DNA of 64,000 bases. It comes from an uncultured Gammaproteobacteria bacterium. Lineage in GTDB: Bacteria; Patescibacteriota; Microgenomatia; UBA8517. The DNA lies in assembly GCA_964502815.1 (NCBI GenBank), contig CAZCXV010000005.1:2706-66705 (forward strand), read 5' to 3'. A program made the translations under genes and the position numbers. How positions within the stretch are numbered: the first letter of the stretch is position 1; every line of letters begins with the position of its first letter. Under the pieces are notes generated by a model. It did not search any database, was not told the origin of the DNA, and saw only the letters and a program-made list of their open reading frames with translations. This document shows positions 42,090 through 51,625 of the stretch, in pieces.

Positions 42090-42357
42090 TATAAACTTCT
42101 TTGTGTGTACCAATCTGAAGGAATCTGACCTGGTTGTTTCCTCTTTTTTCGTAAATGATTCTAATATCATTTGTAATACTGAATGCCCATTTTCCTCTAA
42201 GGCGTCTTTTTAGGGAATGATTTCTTAATCTTGTGTCTTCTGGTTTGTTCACAAAGAGTTTAATCTTGGAGTCTATCGTTTCTCTCAATTCCGGTTGTGA
42301 CAAGATGAGTTTGATGTATTGCTTATTAAAACTACCTGTTGTTTTTCCTTTTGGCAT
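42073..42357 (-). CDS. RelE/YafQ-family mRNA interferase toxin
   Basis: F.KQY.KL, LRNHSLK..L.G.WAFSI..DIRIIY, IGTH.EVY. Confidence 0.9.
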   Translation of the reverse strand: MPKGKTTGSFNKQYIKLILSQPELRETIDSKIKLFVNKPEDTRLRNHSLKRRLRGKWAFSITNDIRIIYEKRGNNQVRFLQIGTHKEVYTKKTK

Positions 42358-42619
42358 AGGCAGTAGGATTTTTGAAGTAACTCAATATATCCTCTTTTGT
42401 TTCCAAAATAATATCGTTTTCCTCAGGTTCTTTAGCTGCTCTTAAGATTTCATCTTCAAATTCCTTAGTAAAGCCATTAACAGTCAACTCGGGATACAAT
42501 CTTTTTCTTAAAGACTCCCTAATTAGTTCACTGACTGAGGAATAACTGTATTTTTTGACGGCTGTCTTAGCTTCTTCGTATAAATCCTTTGGTAGAGATA
42601 TGTTTATAGTCATATTCAT
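42332..42619 (-). CDS. Ribbon-helix-helix antitoxin
   Basis: TINISLP..LY....Y.SVSELIRESLR; overlaps toxin start; true ATG likely 42619. Confidence 0.85.
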   Translation of the reverse strand: MNMTINISLPKDLYEEAKTAVKKYSYSSVSELIRESLRKRLYPELTVNGFTKEFEDEILRAAKEPEENDIILETKEDILSYFKNPTAYAKRKNNR

Positions 42620-42654
42620 ACAATCATTGTATGATATCAATACAAAGAAGTCAA
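42617..42654 (-). promoter_or_regulatory. TA promoter with overlapping palindromic operator
   Basis: Minus strand TTGACT-17-TACAAT-6-ATG; perfect CATACAAT-C-ATTGTATG at 42617-42633 covers -10 and start. Confidence 0.75.
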
Positions 42655-43752
42655 ATGTTGTACTCGGAGCTTTTCCATCAAAATGGAATAGAATCTTAAG
42701 TTGTGAATGGTTGCAAGTCGGCTAGCTGTAAAGTCTTCTATTCTAAAAAGATGAGCCAAGTAGCTTCTGGTGTAGTGGGTGCACAGGAGGCAATCACAAG
42801 CCGTAGAAACAGGACTTAGGTCATGATAATATCTTTCTTTGTCTGGAACAAAGTAAGAGTAGAAATTGGGACTTCTGACATCTATTTCTGCAACTGACTT
42901 TGCGCTATAAACATACAGCCTTTTATGTCTGGCGTCCCTGGTTGGAAGAACACAGTCAAAAATGTGGTAGCCCATGTCAACCAGCTTAACTATTTCATCC
43001 GGCTTGCCAATTCCCAGGCCATACAAGAGATAATCTTTGGGGGCGTTGTCCTTAATGGTTTTAGCAGATTGATAGTCAAAAGTTTTATTATCCAATATTG
43101 GCCAGCCTCCGTAGCCCAAGCCGTCAAAGCCTATCTTTACAAGTTCTTGTGTACAGTAAGATCTTAAGTCTTGATATATTCCTCCTTGGACAACTCCAAG
43201 TAAATATGGTTTTTCGTTCTCCTTCCATCTCTTTTCTTTGACAATCTTTTCAAATTCTGTCTTACACCTTTTTGCCCAGAGCAAAGTTCTTTCTACTGTT
43301 TCGCGGGCTAAGTCATAAGTTGCATTAGGAGGAGTAAAATCATCCAAAACTACCACCATATCAGTACCAAGGGTCATTTGAAAATCAATTGAATCTTCTG
43401 GAGTAAGCTTTACCTTTGGATGCCCCGGAACTTGGAAAGAAGCTCCTTCATCACTAATTTTGCCTTTGTTGCCAGGAGATTTGGCCAGGCTCATGACCTG
43501 AAAACCTCCAGAGTCAGAAATTACTCCACCAGAGAAGTTCATGAACTTTCTAATGCCACCATGCTCCTTAATTACTTTTTTGCCAAGGTCTTTAAAGAGG
43601 TGATAAGTGTTGACCAAAATCCCTTGAGTTTTAGTGTTTGTAATATCAACCGAGTCGAGTGTTTTAAGTACTGCCCTGGTTGCATCGGGAAAAAATATGG
43701 GCAGAGAAATATTCCCTGCAGTCTCGGTCTTAAAGTATTTGGGACTATTCAC
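42637..43752 (-). CDS. tgt: tRNA-guanine transglycosylase
   Basis: NTYHL, DSGGFQ, GVVQGG, FDCVLPTR.ARH, CDC..C zinc site, HNL; GTG start. Confidence 0.95.
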   Translation of the reverse strand: MNSPKYFKTETAGNISLPIFFPDATRAVLKTLDSVDITNTKTQGILVNTYHLFKDLGKKVIKEHGGIRKFMNFSGGVISDSGGFQVMSLAKSPGNKGKISDEGASFQVPGHPKVKLTPEDSIDFQMTLGTDMVVVLDDFTPPNATYDLARETVERTLLWAKRCKTEFEKIVKEKRWKENEKPYLLGVVQGGIYQDLRSYCTQELVKIGFDGLGYGGWPILDNKTFDYQSAKTIKDNAPKDYLLYGLGIGKPDEIVKLVDMGYHIFDCVLPTRDARHKRLYVYSAKSVAEIDVRSPNFYSYFVPDKERYYHDLSPVSTACDCLLCTHYTRSYLAHLFRIEDFTASRLATIHNLRFYSILMEKLRVQHLTSLY

Positions 43753-43798
43753 ATTGTAAATTATAGCAAAGGAGTGTTATATTTGCCCAAAGAAGATA

Positions 43799-44149
43799 AT
43801 GCGTGAGATATTTTTTGATATTGATGAAAATGGCTATGTCGGCTGGGAGAATCTGCCAGAAAAAAATTTTCTAGGTGATCAAATAATGCCTTCATTTAAA
43901 GCTGGATCTTTAACACCCCAAAAACTATCCAGACTTCTTAGTGAAAACGTTGAAATAAGTCCAATAAACTTAGTTTTGGCTAGTTTGAGACCTGGTTATT
44001 TTGCGGTTGCCAAGTGTTTGATTGACTTCCTATTAGATGTTGTTGGTTATGATGGTCAGCCAGATCTGAGAATTTCAGATGGCACATTGGAAATTCGCGC
44101 AAGGCATCTAGAGCAGATGGGAAACTGGATAGCCAGAAAGATACATTAG
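43799..44149 (+). CDS. Hypothetical protein
   Basis: 116-aa ORF filling the gap, no recognised motif. Confidence 0.55.
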   Translation: MREIFFDIDENGYVGWENLPEKNFLGDQIMPSFKAGSLTPQKLSRLLSENVEISPINLVLASLRPGYFAVAKCLIDFLLDVVGYDGQPDLRISDGTLEIRARHLEQMGNWIARKIH

Positions 44150-44937
44150 TGAAGTATCGCTCGTATGACGGGAACGGTTTCAATTGTGTATCCAGGTTTT
44201 AACTCTATCCAAAAAACTGGGGGTTTTTGTGTAGCCACTTCAATTTCTACAATCATGGCTTCTCTTTCTGCTCTAAGAGGAGGAACCGAGCCTACCAGTT
44301 TGCAATTATCCAAAATAAAATGTGAGGCTGCATGTTTTGCTTAATGATAGGTAACTGCCTGAATCCTGTTATTCCATTCCTGAACTATTTCACCCTGTCT
44401 TGTTACCCACTGAGAAGGGGGAAACTGAGGTAAAACATATTGATATAAAAGTCTGGTGTAGGGCATTGGCATATGAACTGTGCAGTTTCCTTCTTGCCAG
44501 GTTGCGTCTCCTGAGTCGTCATCTGAAAAAGTATAGAGGTGGAGTTGGGAAGGATTTTCCAATCCAACTGCATCTTTTAAGGCTCTTATACCAAAAGGGG
44601 AATAATAAATTTTCAATCCTTCGGGTTCACCATTTAGAGAAACTCTGATGTTTTTTGCATCATTAACTATCACTGTTTCATTTGTGCCAGGAAAAGAAAT
44701 TGCATCTTCAGGTTTTTGAATTTGTCTACCAATTTTTTCCCGCCTGAGATTATCTATTTCATTGTCCGTTAAGACTCTTGGATTTCTTCTTTTGTCTTGT
44801 TCTGTCATGTTTGTCGCCAGCTCTGATATTCCATATGTGGCTGCAACCAGTCCTAGAAAGATTCCCCCTTTAATAAACACTCTTCGGTTTGCAGTTTGTT
44901 CCCGTCTCTTTTTGGAAAATGGTTGTCTTTCTGGCAT
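44146..44937 (-). pseudogene. Membrane-anchored zincin-like protein interrupted by an in-frame TAA at the HExxH Glu
   Basis: Reads AVTYH-stop-AKH then 64 open codons including RAEREA to TAA at 44146-44148. Confidence 0.65.
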
Positions 44938-44992
44938 GGAAGTGCATTGTATCATATTGCGCTTTATACGCCCCCCTACTAAAATACACCTC

Positions 44993-45871
44993 ATGGGTGG
45001 AGAAAGACGATTGGTCGACCAAGTAGAAACTCGTCAGGAGATTTTGAAAAACACGAGCAATTGGTATGTCCAACAAAGAGTAATAATGGCTCATGAGTTA
45101 GCCACACATTTTGCCTCAGACCAAGAAAGTGGTCTTGTATCAGACATTACTAGACAGTTACATCAAGAAGGTAGGACATATAAAGATGTGATTATTGACT
45201 ATTTTTCTCGAGAAAGTAAATCAATTGGTGAACTTATAAACAGCCCATTCATCAGTGCGTTTAGAAAAACTAAACTTTGTTCTGAAGCAGAAGAGGAATT
45301 TCTATCTTCAGATCCAAGTGAAGAAGATTTTTTGGATTGGCTTAAAATGCAAATTCATGTTTTGGCAGATGGATTGGCAACGTGTGTGAATATAGAAGGT
45401 GTTATTGAGAAAGTGCCCCAAGCCATTCAAAATAAGAAGAGATTGGATAAAGGAGCTCTTTGGAGAGAGCAAAATCCTGAAGAGGCGATAAGGATTCAGA
45501 AGTTGGCTACCCAAAAAGCAATTGAGGCTGCAAAACCATATGTTTTTACTGACGAGTTAAGAGGACTTGTGCAATTTCTTTTAGAAGACATGAAACCTGA
45601 AAAAGTTGTCACAGTTCTTAAAATGCTTGGTTATAGAACTGACTATGCTTCTTTAATGAGAGCAATCAGAAAATATCCAGATATGAAAAATTCATTTCAA
45701 GAGAAAAGGGATTTGGAACAACAAAAGAGAGAAGAGACAATATTAAGAGTTTACAAAGAGACGGGATCGATTGTTAAAACCTATCGACTGTTAAGTAGTC
45801 TTTACACTCACAAACAAGTTGGATATGTAATTTTAAAATCAAGGGAATCTGACCTAGAAGAAGATTTATAG
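44993..45871 (+). CDS. Hypothetical helical protein
   Basis: ATG 44993 is 7 nt after TAAAAT; the longer call from 44762 overlaps the opposite gene. Confidence 0.65.
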   Translation: MGGERRLVDQVETRQEILKNTSNWYVQQRVIMAHELATHFASDQESGLVSDITRQLHQEGRTYKDVIIDYFSRESKSIGELINSPFISAFRKTKLCSEAEEEFLSSDPSEEDFLDWLKMQIHVLADGLATCVNIEGVIEKVPQAIQNKKRLDKGALWREQNPEEAIRIQKLATQKAIEAAKPYVFTDELRGLVQFLLEDMKPEKVVTVLKMLGYRTDYASLMRAIRKYPDMKNSFQEKRDLEQQKREETILRVYKETGSIVKTYRLLSSLYTHKQVGYVILKSRESDLEEDL

Positions 45872-45875
45872 TTTG

Positions 45876-45947
45876 TGTTCCCGCCGAGAATCGAACTCAG
45901 ATTTAAGGTTTAGGAAACCTTTGTTCTATCCGTTGAACTACGGGAAC
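45876..45947 (-). tRNA. tRNA-Arg(CCT), no encoded CCA
   Basis: GTTCCCG/CGGGAAC acceptor, AAGGT-TTCCTAA-ACCTT anticodon arm, CTGAG-TTCGATT-CTCGG T arm. Confidence 0.95.
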
Positions 45948-46572
45948 AAAATTGCTCTGTTACTTGATCTTTTAAAGCTAAAATGTATTTTAACATGTAG
46001 CTCGTGGCTTTTTTAACTCTAACTCTACACATCCCATATTTTAGTTTTCCGACCTTTTTTCCATAAATAATCTCGGTATGTTGAAAATTGCTTAAGGGTA
46101 TTTTTGTAACTCCTGACCAATATTGTTTGCAAGTATTTTCATCCATGTCTTGAAAAATTCTTATATTGGCTCTAAGTTGGTCATTTTTGACATCAAAGAG
46201 ATCTCTCAGGCCTTGGACAAAAACATTAATCATTTTTGGATCACTATTATTCATAATAAAGTCACTTTTATTGCCTTCACCCCAATACAAAGCTGTCAAA
46301 AATATTAACTTTTCTTTGTTTGTAACTGAAGGGATGTCTCTTTTTGCATTTAATTTTGCTTTCTCAATTGCTAATTTCTCTCTTAATGTGCTGGTGGATT
46401 GTTTGTTTTTCCAAACATGCATATTTTCGGGGGAAATTTTCACAGTGGAGGCATACCGATAAACAGTTCCATGGCCAACATTGACAAGTTTCTTAATCTC
46501 AGTATAACTATTTCCTTTATTTCTTAATAATTTTATTTTTAGTATTTGATTCTCAGTTAAATGTTTGCTCAT
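45910..46572 (-). CDS. HTH plus LAGLIDADG-like putative homing endonuclease
   Basis: N-terminal HTH (LRNKGNSYTEI...VGHGTV), LTALYWGEG LAGLIDADG-like helix, NSDP.MI..F, YWS, YG.C.VRV; ends inside the tRNA. Confidence 0.7.
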   Translation of the reverse strand: MSKHLTENQILKIKLLRNKGNSYTEIKKLVNVGHGTVYRYASTVKISPENMHVWKNKQSTSTLREKLAIEKAKLNAKRDIPSVTNKEKLIFLTALYWGEGNKSDFIMNNSDPKMINVFVQGLRDLFDVKNDQLRANIRIFQDMDENTCKQYWSGVTKIPLSNFQHTEIIYGKKVGKLKYGMCRVRVKKATSYMLKYILALKDQVTEQFCSRSSTDRTKVS

Positions 46573-46653
46573 ACAATTGTAATTATACTATTGACAAATT
46601 CTTTGTAAACTAGGACGGGTCTGCTCTGTCCGTTGAGCTATGGGAGCTCGTGA
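45911..46653 (-). mobile_element. Putative tRNA-targeting element inserted at tRNA-Arg position 37/38
   Basis: Bounded upstream by a displaced tRNA 5' half ending at CCTA; carries the ORF plus a replacement 5' half. Confidence 0.6.
46611..46647 (-). pseudogene. Orphan 5' half of a different tRNA-Arg(CCT) allele
   Basis: GCTCCCATAGCTCAACGGACAGAGCAGACCCGTCCTA; D arm intact, ends one base after the anticodon. Confidence 0.75.
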
Positions 46654-46719
46654 TAGGAAACCTCATGTTCTACCGGCTTAAGCCGGCCAAGCTTTGCTTA
46701 TCCGTTGAACTACGGGAAC
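46654..46719 (-). pseudogene. Displaced 5' half of the resident tRNA-Arg(CCT) with a small D-loop insertion
   Basis: GTTCCCGTAGTTCAACGGATA identical to the intact tRNA, 26-nt insert with TA duplication, then GAACATGAGGTTTCCTA; preceded by TGtTAAAAT promoter. Confidence 0.8.
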
Positions 46720-46748
46720 TTTAGGTTATTTTAACATAAAACATGAAG

Positions 46749-48104
46749 CTATCTTGTGGGATTTTCAAACCAAATGACTCCTAATCCTTGTTTGTCATTG
46801 GTTTTTTCCTCAGTCGTGACTACGTCTAGGTCTCCATCTTTATCAACATCAATTAAAGGTATCAAGTCATACTTAATTCCAAGTTTTCCTGATATGCTTT
46901 CTGCCATCCAACTCCCCTGAAAAGTGGAGAGATTGTTTTTTAAGTAGAAGACATTTTCAGAACCTTCATATTTGTTATTTGTTGAGACAATAATTTCATT
47001 TTTACCATCCAAATCTATGTCAGCAACTGAAACAGCTTTAGATAATCCAAAATTGTTAGGAAAATCAATTTGATAAGTTGTCCAATCCAAACCTGTTCTA
47101 GAAAGCCTTTTAGAAATTAAAATCTGTCTTTGTTTAGCTGCTGTGACAATATCGTCTAGGCCATCCTTGTCAAGGTCTGCTATTGTGATGAACCCTGGAT
47201 GTACATTTTCTAGAATATAGTGCTGGATCCACTTGTTATCTAATTGTTCTAGTCCAGGGTTTTCTAACCAACGGACACTTCCTTGAATCGCTAAGTCATC
47301 TTCACTATCTTTATCATCTGAAAACGATTTTCCTCGGTCTGAGATCAGGATATCTTGATCTCCGTCCGAGTCCATATCTGTAGCAAATATTGACATTATA
47401 TAATTAACATCACTTAAAACATGCCAAACCCACTTATCTATCTCTCTTGGATTCTGTGGTGATTCAAACCAACCAAGTTTGGCATTTATACCTTTGCTTC
47501 CTGCCACAATGTCAATTCTTCCGTCTTTGTTTAGGTCAATCGGAAAAGTATACATCCATTTTGTTTTTCCTTTTGACTCAGTCAAAATTTCAGTTTTCCA
47601 GGCAATTGGGTCAAGAATTTTCTGTTTGTCTTTGGGTCCCCAAGAAAGATATATTTTTCTATCATCCATTTCTGTTGAACTAATTACATCATACGAGTTG
47701 TCATTGTCTAAATCCGCAAAGACTGCATCTTCAACATATGGAGTTTTTGCGACAGTTACACTTTGCCATTTGTTTTTTGAAGCATTTATATTTCCGGGGT
47801 GGAGAAAAACATCTGTTCGACCGCCTTTTTCACCACCACTGACTAAATCGGGAAAATTATCGCCATTTATATCCATACTTCTGACACCGTCTGATCCTTT
47901 GGCGTTTCCAATAACGTGCATTTGCCATGGTTTAGAAGCTGGATTATATGTTGCAGTACCTAAGCTTTGGGTAGGACTTGAGGCAAAAGGAAGTTTAAGA
48001 ACTTGTTTCTGGACTAGGTAAGCTCCTACAAAAGTAGCAACAATTAAAACAGTAATAAGTAAAAGGGTAATGATTTGTTTACTGTTATAGTTTCTGGCAG
48101 ACAT
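46749..48104 (-). CDS. Secreted FG-GAP/VCBS-repeat beta-propeller protein
   Basis: N-terminal TM; seven D.[DN].D[GN]..[DE][ILV] repeats; start uncertain. Confidence 0.88.
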   Translation of the reverse strand: MSARNYNSKQIITLLLITVLIVATFVGAYLVQKQVLKLPFASSPTQSLGTATYNPASKPWQMHVIGNAKGSDGVRSMDINGDNFPDLVSGGEKGGRTDVFLHPGNINASKNKWQSVTVAKTPYVEDAVFADLDNDNSYDVISSTEMDDRKIYLSWGPKDKQKILDPIAWKTEILTESKGKTKWMYTFPIDLNKDGRIDIVAGSKGINAKLGWFESPQNPREIDKWVWHVLSDVNYIMSIFATDMDSDGDQDILISDRGKSFSDDKDSEDDLAIQGSVRWLENPGLEQLDNKWIQHYILENVHPGFITIADLDKDGLDDIVTAAKQRQILISKRLSRTGLDWTTYQIDFPNNFGLSKAVSVADIDLDGKNEIIVSTNNKYEGSENVFYLKNNLSTFQGSWMAESISGKLGIKYDLIPLIDVDKDGDLDVVTTEEKTNDKQGLGVIWFENPTR

Positions 48105-48147
48105 ATTACTTAAATGATAGTTCTTTCGAACGGCCATCGTCAAGTAA

Positions 48148-49314
48148 TCACTTTAGATTCAAGTGGTAAAGATTGGCGGCTCCATCAATTGACCCCAAAT
48201 TTGTCAGGATTAAAAGCTTTCCCGAGATCGAGTTTGGGTAGGCATGGGGAAAAATGTATGAACCGGAGTAAATGGTTTGCCTATTGGTATTGTCATAGTC
48301 TGAAATTACAACTTTGTCTTTCTGGGGAATAACCAGATGCCTTGAAGTTCCAAGCCAATAAATAAAATCATCTTTTCCAGCTATTTCAAAGTTTCTGTCT
48401 TCTTTGATGTCAAAAATATATTTAACATTCTTTTTGAGCTCTCTGGTTTGGTTTTGAGTAGACGCTCCTGGAAGCGCTGGAATTAGCCCTTCTGGAATTT
48501 TAGCGCTGTCGGTTGCGGTGTATAAAATCTTGGTTTCATCTGGGGAGAAAATTATATTGGTGGTTTTTTCTTTAAATAAAATTGCCAATTCATCGGGTAG
48601 ATTTGCCAGTTGAGAATCAAGCTTTTTTAGCTCTTTTCCCTGCCAAGTCTCTTTTATTTTGTCTGCCTGGGTTGAAATGTTTACTCTCTGGCTTTGGTTA
48701 ACAAATTCAGTTGGGTCTAGTAGAAAAATACCCCCCTTGGTTGTCAAAAGTATTTCTTTGCCGTCGGGAGACCAAACCCATTGTGCATCCGTCAAATCCC
48801 CATCAGTTATTCTTTTTGGATCTCTGGAAAAGCCAATTGGAAGAGAGTTTACTTCAGTTACCCACAAGCCAGCTTTGTCTAAATTATCTTTAGTTGGTGG
48901 AACTACGTAAGCAATGCGGGTTGCGTCATGGGAAGAGACTGGGTTTATGACACCAGAAAAGGTTAGAGCCGAGAGCGAAGGGGCTGCCGGAAAAAGAGAG
49001 GCATCAATTTCAGTGACTTCTTCTTTTTGAATGGTCATTTTTTTACTCCAGGTCAAAAAACCATCTTTTTTGATTTCAATCTTGTAGGTTCCAGGAGCCA
49101 GGGAAATAGTAGCGTCAGTTGCAGTTTTCAAAACGCTGTCAACATAGATTCCAGCACCATTGGGGTCAGAATTAACTACCATGATACCATTTGGGGTAAA
49201 CCTAAAGTTTTTGCGATCAAATTTGTAACCCCTGGCATAATATGAAGCAATTAAGCCAAAAAAAGAAACAATCAAAATAGTGGACAAAAAAACTAGAATT
49301 CTTACTTTTGGCAT
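48148..49314 (-). CDS. PEGA-domain protein with TolB-like propeller repeats
   Basis: TM, VNSDPNGA.IYVD..L.PG.Y.IEIKKDGF..W, WSPDG and FSPDE repeats. Confidence 0.85.
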   Translation of the reverse strand: MPKVRILVFLSTILIVSFFGLIASYYARGYKFDRKNFRFTPNGIMVVNSDPNGAGIYVDSVLKTATDATISLAPGTYKIEIKKDGFLTWSKKMTIQKEEVTEIDASLFPAAPSLSALTFSGVINPVSSHDATRIAYVVPPTKDNLDKAGLWVTEVNSLPIGFSRDPKRITDGDLTDAQWVWSPDGKEILLTTKGGIFLLDPTEFVNQSQRVNISTQADKIKETWQGKELKKLDSQLANLPDELAILFKEKTTNIIFSPDETKILYTATDSAKIPEGLIPALPGASTQNQTRELKKNVKYIFDIKEDRNFEIAGKDDFIYWLGTSRHLVIPQKDKVVISDYDNTNRQTIYSGSYIFPHAYPNSISGKLLILTNLGSIDGAANLYHLNLK

Positions 49315-49430
49315 CTTAAAAGACAATTATACCACTTGTTGGCACCTGAAAAGACAAATATAATGCTTTTGCTAGTGGTGCTTTGACTAGATCAAAATAC
49401 CAACAAACTGAAACATCTACATATAAAAAA

Positions 49431-50435
49431 ATGAGAAAACGAATTGCAATTGATCTTGGGACAGCCAACACTTTGGTATGGGTGGATGGCATGGGAATTG
49501 TGACTAATGAGCCGACCGTGGTGGCGGTTTCCTCGGACGATAATAAGGTGGTAGCCGTCGGTGAAGACGCCAAAAGAATGCTGGGAAGAACTCCAGAATC
49601 CCTAATCGCCATGCGCCCCATGCGTGAGGGGGTAATTGCAGACTATCAGGTAACTAAAGCTCTTTTAAGATATTTTATTAGTAAAGTAACGGGTAGGGTG
49701 TCGTTTTTCAAGCCCGACGTCATGGTGTGTGTTCCCGCAGGCTGCACCCAGGTCGAAAGACGCGCAGCACTGGATGCTACTCTGGAAGCTGGAGCCGCCC
49801 ATGCCTACCTAATAGATGAACCATTGGCTGCAGCAATCGGGGCGGGTATTCCGGTTTCAGCGCCTTCTGGCCACATGATTTTGGATATTGGCGGAGGCGC
49901 TGCGGAGGCTGCAGTACTCTCTCTTGGGGGAGTGGTGGTCCATAAATCGGTCAGAGTTGCCGGAAATAAGATCGATGAAGCAATTCAAAGCTATCTAAAG
50001 AAAAAACATAATCTGATTGTTGGAGACCAAACGGCCGAGGATATTAAAATAAAAATAGGTTCTGCAATAGACTTGCCAAAGGAGGAAAAGTTAGAAATCT
50101 CTGGCCGGGATTTGGTTTTTGGATTACCCAGAAGTGTAGTAATCACTTCGCACGAAGTAACTGAGGCCATCCATCCAACTTTAAACATGATAATAGGAGC
50201 TGTAAAAGGAGTTCTGGAGGATACACCTCCAGAACTGGCAGCCGATATTATTGATAAAGGCATAGTCATGAGTGGGGGAACCTCAACTTTAAGAAATTTC
50301 GACAAGTTGGTAACCCAGGAAACTGGCGTTCCCGCCCACGTCGCCGAAGATGCCCTGTACTGTGTTGTTAAAGGAACGGCTGTAGTGATGGAGAATATTG
50401 AACTTTGGAAAAGGTCGGTGACCACAAAAAGATAA
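49431..50435 (+). CDS. mreB: Rod shape-determining protein MreB/Mbl
   Basis: IAIDLGTANT, NEPTVVA, RP.REGVIAD, TQVERRA, EPLAAAIGAG, DIGGG, TPPELAADI. Confidence 0.96.
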   Translation: MRKRIAIDLGTANTLVWVDGMGIVTNEPTVVAVSSDDNKVVAVGEDAKRMLGRTPESLIAMRPMREGVIADYQVTKALLRYFISKVTGRVSFFKPDVMVCVPAGCTQVERRAALDATLEAGAAHAYLIDEPLAAAIGAGIPVSAPSGHMILDIGGGAAEAAVLSLGGVVVHKSVRVAGNKIDEAIQSYLKKKHNLIVGDQTAEDIKIKIGSAIDLPKEEKLEISGRDLVFGLPRSVVITSHEVTEAIHPTLNMIIGAVKGVLEDTPPELAADIIDKGIVMSGGTSTLRNFDKLVTQETGVPAHVAEDALYCVVKGTAVVMENIELWKRSVTTKR

Positions 50436-50698
50436 TTCCTATAATATCGACAATTATCTTTTCACAGGACCAGTGTATAGTTTGTGGGTAAAGGCTAATA
50501 TTTAAGGCTAAGAATTGAATCAATAATTTGTGCATTAGTGTACAAAATCCATTGTCGGTAAGCTGAATATCTTACCTATAACAATAATCAAGTAAAATTT
50601 TAGTATTTTGTCTGTAGAAAAAAATTACAAAATTAAAATTAACCCTTTTTCATTGCGGAAGTTGCAAAAGCCTTGTCTTTAATACTAAAATTTAACTT

Positions 50699-51475
50699 AT
50701 GACGATTGCAAAACTGACCCAAAAACAGGTCAAAATATTAAACATCCGAATAGATGGCATTACCAAGGGTAGACTGCTAACGACTATCGGTAATTTGTTA
50801 GCCAATGGGAAGAAATTTAACGTCGTTACCCCCAACCCCGAAATGATACTTCAGGCACAAACTGACCGAAATCTAGCTTTGGCCATTGACAGAGCAACTT
50901 TTAGTCTAGCTGATGGCATTGGATTAAAGATGTTTGCCGATAACACTTTGGAAATAATTCATGGAAGAAAATTGGTTTTGGACTTACTTAAACTTGCAAA
51001 CAAAAAAGGTTTGAAAGCTTTTTTTGTTACTTCCGATCAGAAAAATACTAACCAGAAGCTTCTTGCCAAGATTGAAAGAGAATATCCACAGATTGCAGTT
51101 CAATCTGAAGTAGGGCCGAGATTAACGTCAGGGGCACTGCCTACAAATTCCCAGGAAACCGAAAAACAAGCACAGCTAATTATAAAAATAAATACTTTTA
51201 AACCAGATTTGTTATTTGTTTCTATGAGCACTCCAAAACAGGAAATTTGGGTTGATATACACCGGGAAGAATTAAATGCCATAGGAGTTTTTTGTGTGGG
51301 CGCAGGACTTGACTTCTATGCCGGGACTGCAAAGGCTCCACACAGATGGATGGAAAAATTAGAGATTGAATGGTTGTGGAGGCTTTTAACCGAACCAAAA
51401 AGATTTAAAAGAATACTAAATGCAGTGGTCGTATTTCCACTTACCTTATTATTAAATAGATTCAAAAAGAACTAA
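50699..51475 (+). CDS. WecB/TagA/CpsF family glycosyltransferase
   Basis: VTPNPE, ADGIG, PKQE.W, VGAG.DF, EWLWRL..EPKR. Confidence 0.92.
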   Translation: MTIAKLTQKQVKILNIRIDGITKGRLLTTIGNLLANGKKFNVVTPNPEMILQAQTDRNLALAIDRATFSLADGIGLKMFADNTLEIIHGRKLVLDLLKLANKKGLKAFFVTSDQKNTNQKLLAKIEREYPQIAVQSEVGPRLTSGALPTNSQETEKQAQLIIKINTFKPDLLFVSMSTPKQEIWVDIHREELNAIGVFCVGAGLDFYAGTAKAPHRWMEKLEIEWLWRLLTEPKRFKRILNAVVVFPLTLLLNRFKKN

Positions 51476-51625
51476 TCTCCTGATACTAAAATTGCTATTT
51501 TGATATATTGCTAAGTATTTTGATATATATAATTGAGCGTTTAGTTTGAATCTTGACTTTTGGGCAAAATATGTCAAAATGAGATCTGGAACTGACGAAA
51601 TTCGATAGGTTCAGACGTTAAATCA

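Noticed and set aside
45910-46719. Group I or archaeal-type spliced tRNA intron
   Set aside because: The downstream tRNA is already complete and no group I core or bulge-helix-bulge was recognised, so splicing is not needed
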